From: Cenarchaeum sp.
GTDB taxonomy: Archaea; Thermoproteota; Nitrososphaeria; Nitrososphaerales; Nitrosopumilaceae
Direction: 5' to 3'
Length of the DNA stretch: 64,000 nucleotides
NCBI GenBank assembly: GCA_965242695.1
Contig: CBDESU010000002.1
Span: forward strand, 480,001 to 544,000
The position numbers and the translations under genes were made by a program. Positions 56,188 to 64,000 of the stretch are shown here, one piece after another (within the stretch, counting starts at the first letter, position 1; each line of letters begins with the position of its first letter). Under the pieces are notes generated by a model. The model made no database searches and was not told the DNA's origin. It saw only the letters and a program-made list of their open reading frames with translations.

Positions 56188-56525
56188 GCGGCCGTTGGGG
56201 AGGGGGGATAAAAGGGGGCCGCGGCCCTGTAGAAGGCGATGCCGGGCGGCGCGGGCCATGCGCGGCGGCGGCCTAGAGTGCATCGGAGGGATTGGGTTCG
56301 GCGCGGGCGGGAGCGGCATGTTGATTACCCCCCGCGTGCGCCGGCCGGCATGCCCCTGTCCGTACGGATCTGCCCATCCCAGGCTGCAGGGGGAGCCGCG
56401 GCCCATCCCGGCGGCCCGGGGCGGCGCGCCGTGCCCGCGGGGCCCGGTTGCGCGCCCGGGATGCGCCGGGGCCGTCCTGCTTTCCGCGGCGCAGCGCGGG
56501 GCCCTTCCAGCGGGGTGGGCGGCTA

Positions 56526-57032
56526 GTGGAGATTACGCTAGACGTGCCCGTAGTCGCCATGGGCGCGTTCGCAGGGCTCGCCTCGTTCGTGTACTGTCTC
56601 GACCGGCGCCGCGCAAGGCTCGCGGACAGGAGCCACAGGGACGCGATTGCAAGGCCCATGGCCGACCTCGACAAGATGGTCACGCAGATACTGCTCGACG
56701 TCAAGGACCTCGACACGTACGAGTCCGACGAGATGATACCGGAACGCCTCTCGCAGTACCTGGCGCGCAACTACGGGCGCGCAGAGTCCATAGTCGGCGC
56801 GATCGAGATGCACGGCGCCATGTGCACCGCGCTCAGCGACCGGGAGAGGGAGGACTTGCGGACGACGGCGCGGTTTGTCTGTTGGCTGCTCGACAGCTAC
56901 CACCCGCAGGACGTCAGGGAAGAGGCGCGGCACCTCGTATGGACGAGATACCCCTCGGACAGGCTCAGGGAGCGCGCTCGGGAGATGCACGCCTGCGTCT
57001 CAAGGTTTGGGAAGGCGCCGGTGCCCGCGTAG
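56526..57032 (+). CDS. N-terminal TM anchor plus helical domain protein
   Basis: VVAMGAFAGLASFVYCL TM; shares motifs with 57315-57794. Confidence 0.7.
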   Translation: MEITLDVPVVAMGAFAGLASFVYCLDRRRARLADRSHRDAIARPMADLDKMVTQILLDVKDLDTYESDEMIPERLSQYLARNYGRAESIVGAIEMHGAMCTALSDREREDLRTTARFVCWLLDSYHPQDVREEARHLVWTRYPSDRLRERAREMHACVSRFGKAPVPA

Positions 57033-57314
57033 CCCGGCGCGGCGGGGCGTGACGGAACGCGCCGGCGGCTGCGCAGCTGTCAAGCCGAGAGAGGGACACG
57101 GGCGGACACTCTGCTGGCAATTCCGGGACGGGCAGCCCGATGCGAATTCGAAAGCCGGCCCCGCGCGGGGCGGCGGCCCCGGATGCGCAACCCCCGCATC
57201 GGGGCGGAAAGCTGCCCGGGGCGCGGGGCGAAGGCGACGAGCTCGCCTAATCGGCGACAGGATGCGCATGAACCCTCCGAATTGTGGGCGGCGGCAGGCC
57301 AAGGGACGCGCGCG

Positions 57315-57794
57315 CTACATCCTCTCAGCGACCTTCAGTAACCGGTCTATCCCGTCTCCAATCTCGTCGCGATCCTCGTTCCATACCACCCTCTGCTTCA
57401 CGGACGGTTCGCCACCGTCGCTACCGTAAAAGTCAGTAAACCATTCCAAGGTATCAACCACCTCCTTGATCTTGCTCATCAGCGGATCGTCGCTCTTGAG
57501 GTACATCCTGTGCGTTCTTATCTCTTCCATGTACTTGTCGATCTTCGCCATGTTCTTGCCAGCATAGTTGGCAATCCTTTCCGACACGTCCTTCGCGTCG
57601 GCAAAGTCGTAGTCGCGCGACAGGCACGACACGTTGCGCATGACGATCTCTGCATCATATATGGCGTTTCTGATCACCATCTTGTGAAACTTGTACTCTT
57701 TGCGGGCCCGGAGGTGGCCGGTCAGGTTGAGCATGATTACAAGCCCTAGCGATGCCGTGCCGACTACAACGCCGTAGACGTGGTACCATTCCAT
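57315..57794 (-). CDS. N-terminal TM anchor plus helical domain protein
   Basis: VYGVVVGTASLGLVIMLNL TM; ATG 1 nt after the upstream stop. Confidence 0.72.
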   Translation of the reverse strand: MEWYHVYGVVVGTASLGLVIMLNLTGHLRARKEYKFHKMVIRNAIYDAEIVMRNVSCLSRDYDFADAKDVSERIANYAGKNMAKIDKYMEEIRTHRMYLKSDDPLMSKIKEVVDTLEWFTDFYGSDGGEPSVKQRVVWNEDRDEIGDGIDRLLKVAERM

Positions 57795-57795
57795 A

Positions 57796-58539
57796 TCAAT
57801 CGCCCAAGGTGTTGTTGGCCCTGTCACTGCGCATTGCGGGCAGGATGTAGGTTTCTAGAAACAGGATCCACGATTCTAGCGCTATGTCGACGTACGCGGA
57901 AAATCCAAAGTGCCTGCTGACTTTGAGGATCATTCCCCGCTCTTTTGTCTCGTCGCATATGCCATCGGCCTGCCGCACCCTGAAAATAGGCTCAAACCTA
58001 GACGCAGCCCCGAGCATGTCACCGTAGTTGATCCGCGTCGTTGCGCACCTGCTACGGGTCACGGTAAACCCGCTCCTAGCCAAGCCGTCATACCCTTCAC
58101 GCCCCTCAAACTCGAAGCGCGGATCATAAATTATGCTGTCAGTGTTTGCCAGGATGGCATCCGCCACCCTAACCATCACCCTCTTGTCATAGTCTATGGC
58201 GGACATGTCGGCAGCCTTGCCCAGCGCTCCTCTGATCGCACGGTATGGCGCATCCTTGCTGCTTGCAATGACGGCGAGCCTGTTCCTTTTGCTAAGGTGG
58301 AACCAGTAGGTGCTGTGGCTGAGCACCGTTCTATCATCGGCGCTCACTGCCTCGGGTATGACGATCTGCCCCATTAGGCTGTCCCTCGCCTGCCTGCGGC
58401 CGACCTGGATGGTCGAATACTCCCGCTTTCCATTCACATCGACGACAGGGTTGCCCGGCGGGGCCTCTGAGAGGCGCTTGGCCAGCACGACGAGGCTCAC
58501 ATCCGAGTGAAATTCGTACATTCTGACGCTCCGGGGCAC
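57796..58539 (-). CDS. hypothetical beta-rich protein
   Basis: GTG 58539 after a TTTATTA box (58562-68); normal globular composition. Confidence 0.7.
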   Translation of the reverse strand: MPRSVRMYEFHSDVSLVVLAKRLSEAPPGNPVVDVNGKREYSTIQVGRRQARDSLMGQIVIPEAVSADDRTVLSHSTYWFHLSKRNRLAVIASSKDAPYRAIRGALGKAADMSAIDYDKRVMVRVADAILANTDSIIYDPRFEFEGREGYDGLARSGFTVTRSRCATTRINYGDMLGAASRFEPIFRVRQADGICDETKERGMILKVSRHFGFSAYVDIALESWILFLETYILPAMRSDRANNTLGD

Positions 58540-58664
58540 GGGCGGCCCCAAGCATGGCTACTAATAAAGTATTCAAGGGGGCAACAACCTGCGCGGGGCA
58601 TGCGCCCAGGTCGACAGGCTGGTTGACGCCTAGGGTGCCCGGTGAGGGTTGACTGGAGACCTCG

Positions 58665-58716
58665 GCAGGCGCCCCCGATCGCCCTCCCAAGGCCCTTGCA
58701 GGCGCCCCCGATCGCC
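58665..58716. repeat. 19-bp direct repeat pair
   Basis: GCAGGCGCCCCCGATCGCC at 58665 and 58698; shares CGCCCCCGATCGCC with the 37859 repeat. Confidence 0.7.
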
Positions 58717-58818
58717 GCACGAGCCGCGCCATGGCGATCGCGGACGTCCAACAATGCTGACTATCTTAACAGATTTGCTAGCATGGCATAGTAGCCGCGC
58801 CAGCCGCCGGATTGCGGC

Positions 58819-59025
58819 ATGAAGCATCTGCCAGGCGGCAGGACATCGGCAGTCATGTTGTGCCCCGCCTGCTCGCACACCTTCGAGGCGGTATTCTGCG
58901 AGCCGCTCGGCAAGGAGGGCAGGGCGCTGCGCGCCGAGCTCGAAAGGCTGGTCCGCGAGATCTGCGACGTTCGCAGGACAGCGTCCGATGCCCTCAAGCA
59001 CTGCGCCCTCGTCGTGAGTGTTTAG
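58819..59025 (+). CDS. small CPAC-motif protein (uncertain)
   Basis: MLCPACSHTF followed by an amphipathic helix; short. Confidence 0.3.
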   Translation: MKHLPGGRTSAVMLCPACSHTFEAVFCEPLGKEGRALRAELERLVREICDVRRTASDALKHCALVVSV

Positions 59026-59193
59026 GTACCCCTCCCCCTAGGAGGCGTCACGGCGCTGGCGGGTGTAGACACGGGTCGTGCGGACGGGTGGTGGCCCGGC
59101 ATGCCGTCCTTCTGCACACCCTGCAAGCATCCGCCGCACGGCACGGCCTGGCACGGCACGGAGCGATCGGCTCCGACGCAGGTCACGCGAAGC

Positions 59194-60751
59194 GCAAGTG
59201 CTCACACACTTCGGGGCCTAGTCAGGGGTCCGATCCACGCCTGGTTCGGTGCGGGCGGGTTAGAGTACGCGCCGGATCTCCGCTAGCGGGCGCAGTCCGT
59301 GCATCTTCCATGTTGCACTGCAGGACATCAGGGCGCAGAACGCCATCGCGCCTGCCACCGAGCGCAGCGCGCCGCGTATCTTGCGCAGGACGACCGGCTC
59401 GCGCAGCAGCTTCTCGGCGGGGTTGTTCGTGGGCGGGACCCACGGCAGCACCACGAACAGGAACAGGTCGTACGCGGCGTTGCCGACCTTCGTCATGAAC
59501 TCGGCCAGGTCGGGATCGTCGCGGTAGTCGTCGACGATCTTCCTGACGCGCCGGGTGAACTCGTAGCGCTTGCGGACTCGCTCCGCATGCGTGCCCCTGA
59601 ACTCCTTGGCATCGTGGAATATCTTGTGCAGCCTGTCCGAGACGTGCCGGACGCTCTCGCTGTCGGGAAACTGGCCCAGGTACCACTTTGCCTCGTTGAG
59701 GATGTGGGCCCAGCACCGCTGTATCCTGTACTTTTGGAACACCGGGGCGCCGTCGCACACGATGATCCCGTTCCAGGCCGCCAGTATCTTCTCGAGGACG
59801 GCGTTGTCCCCGTCGGGGCTGAGCCAGTACACGGCAATCTTGCGCAGGGGGTCGAAGAACACCCACAGGCCCCAGAAATCGCCGTTTACCCTGTGCGACG
59901 TCTTGTCCGAGTGGATGACCGAGGCGCCTGCCAGCAGCGCAATGAGGGCCGCCAGGCCCGGCTGCAGGGCCAGCCCCGTCTTCGTGGTGATGCTGGAGGT
60001 CTGCCCCGAGGATATCTCCACTCCGTCGTCCTTGAGCGACTCTTGGTTCATGCGGACCGAGAGGCGGTTGAACCAGTTCTTGAGGACGGCAAGCTTTACG
60101 TTGAGGCCAAGCACGCCTGTATGGGGGAGTCGGATGCGGAACCGTTTGTTCGCATCGTCGGGAAAGTCGTTGACCGGCTCGCCGGCGTCCCCGGCACCCC
60201 CGCCGCCGCCCAGGGCCTCCCGAATGGCCTTGACCACCTCGTCATACTCACCGTCCTGCCGCCCTTGCCGCCCCTCCTGCCGCCGCAGGCTGCCGCCCTG
60301 TCTGCCGGCCAGGGCGGCGGGATCCCTGTCCCCGGCGGCGGCCCCCGCATCGGCCGGGGCGGCTGCGGCGGGGCGCTCCGGCTCCGCATCGCCCTTTTTC
60401 GGCTTGAACAGGTGCAGCGGGACGGCCGTCCCCTCCGTTGCCGTCCCCGAGTCGCCGCACCCGTAGCACTGCCAGTCGGGGCACTGCGACTCGATGGTGC
60501 GTGTACGTTGCGGCGGTGGCTTTTCGTACATGATCCGCGCCGAGTAGTTTTCGACCCGTATGCGGCTGGCGCAGCCGTCGGTTCTGCAGCGCTCCGGCTT
60601 TTCGATTACCACGCGCTGGTCGGGAACGAACCGCCGCCTTGTCGCCCTGCGGCCGGGCTGGCCGCCGGGCCTGCGCCGCGGCTGGCCGTCACAGTCCCCG
60701 GCACCCTTCCGGACGCCGCCTCCCTCCTTCGCATCCTTCGCCCTCTTCCTG
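59194..60751 (-). mobile_element. IS66-family element, 5'-truncated
   Basis: End motif GCAAGTGCTCAC at 59194; transposase frame cut by IS5 copy 2. Confidence 0.82.
59260..60750 (-). pseudogene. IS66-family transposase lacking its N-terminus
   Basis: RRPGGQPG, Cys zinc ribbon, IHSDKTSHRV (E to K in the DET motif), IIVCDG, QRCWAHILN, PPTNNPAEKLLR..V..RK. Confidence 0.85.
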
Positions 60752-62383
60752 GGGGGTTATGCGTATTGGAACCCGGCGATCGCACCCAGAGGAAAATCTC
60801 GACCCGAAACTGGAATTTTGATCGAGTGAAGATCCGGGCGCCAGAAATTGCACCTCCGTCGGGCCGTGGCTCAAAAAACCTTGACTTCTTGTCAACCGGA
60901 TTTCACCCGCCCCGTCTTAGGCGGCGGCCGGGCAACGCCGGCGATGGAGCAGTGCCTGATCGATCCCGAGGTCCTAAAGGTGTACGAGGAGGTCGTCCCC
61001 GAGTCGTGGTTCGAGGCGGATCCGAATCACATCGCGAATATCGGCACTGCGAGGTACAAGAAGTTCCTCAAGGACGCCGACGAGCGGCTTGCCCTGATGA
61101 TGGAGGGGTGCAAGGATCCCAAGCTGTGCGGGCAACGCGCCCGGCGCGTCTCGCGGGACGGGACGCTGCGCGACGAGTCGTGGCTGCACGGCGCGACGGG
61201 CCTGGACCACGCCATGTTCTTCTACATCGTCGCCTGCTTCGAGCACGAGATCGAGACCACGCCCGACGTGCCCCTCTTCCGCCACGGCCTTGACCCCGAG
61301 AGGGCGTCCGACCGTGGCAACCGCTGCATCCTGGCCGCGGAGCACATGGTGTGCATGACCCTGTACCACATCTGGACGGGCTGCTCGCAGGAGTCGCTGC
61401 AGGGCATGTTCTGGATCGACCAGACGACGGCCCCAAGGAACATCCGGCTGGTCAGGGGCATCATGGCCAACTCCGGCATGCTTCCGACCGACCTGGGCCT
61501 CATGGACGAGCTCAGGTCCTTCACCAAGGAAAAGGTCCAGGAGTACGTGGGCAACGTCCTGCTCGTCGACTTGATGCACTACGACATCGAAGATCCCGTC
61601 GACAAGGACTCCAACGACGAGGCGTACTCGCACAAGGCCGGCACGACCACCTGCAAGTCGGTGCACGCATGCGCCAAGCGGGGCCTGGTCGTCCTCAGCG
61701 GCGAGCTGGAGGGAGGGCGGGGCAGCGAGATAGAGTACCTGCGCCGCCACTTTCCAGACGTGGGAGTCCTGACGGCATCCCTTACGAGCCCCGACACGCC
61801 GGCGGCCGAGCGCACCTCGGTCTACATCGACAACGGCCCCCAGGGGATCAAGGAGCTGCTCAAGGGCGCCAACGTCCTGATGCCGCACCGGAAGCCGATC
61901 GGGGGCGAGCTGACGGAGGAGCAGAAGGCCTACAACTCGCAGCTGGCCGCCGAGCGGGCCCCGGTCGAGAACAGGTTTGCCGAGATAAAGCAGAACAAGA
62001 TACTCGCCCACGAGTTCCGCGGCTCGGTCGAGGACCTTCGAGAGACCCGCACCGTCTGCATCGGCTTCGTCAACCTGAAGCTGATAATGAGGGGTGCAGA
62101 CGGGTTCGTCCCCGACACCCACGCCAAGGAGGCGGCAGGCGGGCCCGGGCCGCCGGGGCCGCATGGCCGCAAGCCGCGGCAGACGTTCCCGTACCTCGCC
62201 AAAGAGTGACCGCCGCCGCGCTGATCACCGAAAAAGGGCGAATTTCGGGCCTTTTTCGGGCGGCGGCGCGGCATTCGGGCGAGTTTCGGACATCTGGATG
62301 CGCATACTTCGTCGTTTCGCGTTTTGTTTTTCGAGTTTCACAGTGGCAAGGGCGATCGCGGGCATGCAATACGCATAACCCCC
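60752..62383 (+). mobile_element. IS5-family element, copy 2, 1632 bp
   Basis: Same TIRs as copy 1; CTG on both sides (60749-51, 62384-86). Confidence 0.93.
60944..62209 (+). CDS. IS5-family transposase
   Basis: Differs from copy 1 by a few residues (e.g. ESNKE vs DSNDE). Confidence 0.92.
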   Translation: MEQCLIDPEVLKVYEEVVPESWFEADPNHIANIGTARYKKFLKDADERLALMMEGCKDPKLCGQRARRVSRDGTLRDESWLHGATGLDHAMFFYIVACFEHEIETTPDVPLFRHGLDPERASDRGNRCILAAEHMVCMTLYHIWTGCSQESLQGMFWIDQTTAPRNIRLVRGIMANSGMLPTDLGLMDELRSFTKEKVQEYVGNVLLVDLMHYDIEDPVDKDSNDEAYSHKAGTTTCKSVHACAKRGLVVLSGELEGGRGSEIEYLRRHFPDVGVLTASLTSPDTPAAERTSVYIDNGPQGIKELLKGANVLMPHRKPIGGELTEEQKAYNSQLAAERAPVENRFAEIKQNKILAHEFRGSVEDLRETRTVCIGFVNLKLIMRGADGFVPDTHAKEAAGGPGPPGPHGRKPRQTFPYLAKE

Positions 62384-62550
62384 CTGAGCAGCTTTACGAC
62401 CAGATCGTAGTCGGCCGCGTACGCAGCCTCGGCGGTCGACGCCATGCTCTCGAAGTTTAAGGGGAGTATCCACACGGCATCGGGGACGGCCAGGCCAAGC
62501 TCGCCCGCCCTGTGCTCTACGTCTATGTATGCCTTGTAGACCGTCTTCAC
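62384..62550 (-). pseudogene. 5' fragment of a paralog of the 22972-23457 gene
   Basis: MKTVYKAYIDVEHRAGELGLAVPDAVWILPLNFES...VVKLLR, near-identical to 23288-23457; cut at the IS5 end; TTTATTA box retained. Confidence 0.88.
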
Positions 62551-62776
62551 GCATTGGCGAGCCGGGCGGCCCGTAATAAACTCTCTGTCGCAAGCGACGC
62601 ACGAGTCCGGCGCGAGATCAAGTCCGCCCGCCTGCATGCCCCCGTCGGGGCGTCCCACCGCCCTTCCGTCGTGCAAGCATGTCGGGCATGCGACGAGGCC
62701 CCGCATTCGCCGAGGCCCGCCGCGGGTCGCAGGCACCAGATCCAACGGTTATATGAAAAGTGGGCGAAGGCGGCGC

Positions 62777-64000
62777 ATGGACTGCATGCGGCACGTCCTT
62801 GCGCTTCCCGACGGATGCCCGCCGGCCACGGCCGGAGTCGTCCTGCCCGGCGGGAAAGAGGCCGTGATAGGGCTTTTCAACGGCGACGCCTACAAGTGGG
62901 ACGTGCGCGACGGCAGCTATGAAAAGGTGTTCCTGGGCTGTTCAAGGATAAGCGCGATCGACATGCTGGAGGGCATGCTGCTGGTCAGCGCCAGGGACGG
63001 CCCCCTCTTCACATTGGACACAGAATCGTACGGGACGGAGACCCTGCGGCGGTGGTGGCAGTCAAAGTCGTCGCGCATATGGAAGTGCGCGTGGCTGGGC
63101 GGCGGCCGCGCCGTCATGACGTCGACCTGCGGCGCGTCCACGTCTACGAAAGGGGGGACGGCGGGACATGGGAGTACTCGCCGCTGCACGGCCACGTGCA
63201 CAGCGTGCTGGCCGTCGGCGTGCACGACGAGCTCTTGGCAACGGGCGACCGGTCGGGCAGGGTCGTCGTGTGGACGCGCCGCAACGGATCGTACTCTGCC
63301 TCGGCCAGCATGCGCGGCATGAGCGGGGCAGTCAGGGCGCTGGCATGGGTTGACGGCCGCACGCTGGTGGGCATCGACGAAAACGGGATCATGCGGCAGT
63401 TCGAGGATCCCGCCTCGGGCGGCTGGGCGGCGCGCTGCGAGCTGGACGTGGCGGTGGGCGGGGGCACGTGCCTGCACCTTGCAGACGACAAAAAGACGCT
63501 CCTGGCCGGCACGGAGGCCGAGGTCGTCCAGGTGGATCTCGAGACGATGAGGTACAAGGCGTTTCCGCTCAAGGGCGCGGTGGGCATACGCTCCGAGGGG
63601 AGCACCGCGTACGTAGTGGCAGGGGACGGCGTGCACACTCTGCCGATCGGCGCAATCGAGGAGCCGCCGGGCGCGGCGGAGTACAGGCGCATCGAGGCGA
63701 GCCTGGTCGGGCGCGCGGGAGTGGGCAAGTCTACGCTCTGCGGCGCGATGGCCCGGGCGGCCGGAGGGCAGGCGAGGGCCGGGGCGGTCGGGCCGGCGTT
63801 CGGGAGGCGCGTCTGGCAGGTCAAGATCGGGGACGGCGAAGAGGAGGGCGCGCGGCAGGTCGTGCTTTACGACCACGGCGGCCGTGGATCCGTACTGCCT
63901 GCGCTCCCCCAGGCCTCCGAGGACCCGGATGTCGTGCTTGCGCTCTTCAGGCAGGCGGATCGGGGCACGCTTGATGCCGCGCGCGAGGCCCTGAAAGGGA
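62777..64000 (+). pseudogene. WD40 beta-propeller + Roc-like small GTPase protein, frameshifted, runs off window
   Basis: TTATAT box at 62749; WD repeats (LHGHVHSVLAV...LATGDRSGRVVVW); G1 SLVGRAGVGKSTL, G3-like LYDHGG; a 1-nt deletion near 63134 separates the two frames. Confidence 0.75.

Noticed and set aside
59299-61293. 664-aa plus-strand ORF
   Set aside because: Antisense/alternate-frame shadow of the IS66 and IS5 transposases in GC-rich DNA.
1-64000. tRNA/rRNA genes, integrase or att sites
   Set aside because: None recognised by eye; tRNAscan-SE/Infernal would be needed to exclude them.

Overview
GC-rich 64-kb accessory region that reads as a very dense anti-virus / conflict (defence) island, most likely archaeal. 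Many genes have an AT-rich TATA-like box about 24-30 bp upstream of the start codon, compatible with a high-GC Thaumarchaeota/Nitrososphaerota genome (inference). No housekeeping, rRNA, tRNA or cas genes were recognised. Recognisable content: a TIR-STAND NTPase running off the left edge; two tandem OLD-family ATPase-TOPRIM nucleases; a wHTH-TPR-Schlafen(AlbA_2) fusion; an Avs-like REase-STAND protein; a KAP-type NTPase; several PD-(D/E)XK proteins; an Mrr_N-nucleotide-cyclase-like fusion; AIPR; a GHKL-zincin protein; a Hachiman (HamA/HamB)-like operon; HEPN and SIR2-like proteins; and a frameshifted WD40-Roc GTPase at the right edge. Mobile DNA: one IS630, two 1632-bp IS5 (ISL2-group) copies, a truncated IS66 and an IS66 relic. 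Best candidates for undescribed systems: (1) a translationally coupled mini GIY-YIG + mini PD-(D/E)XK cassette present twice in diverged form; (2) a recurrent CxxC-protein + YwgA/SocA-like wHTH module joined to different effectors (TPR-Schlafen, or a TGT-like barrel); (3) the Mrr_N-cyclase fusion; (4) three sequence-unrelated intergenic direct-repeat pairs that all have a 72-bp period; (5) two related TATA-driven micro-ORFs opposite a membrane protein. All family calls come from reading motifs by eye, not from database searches.
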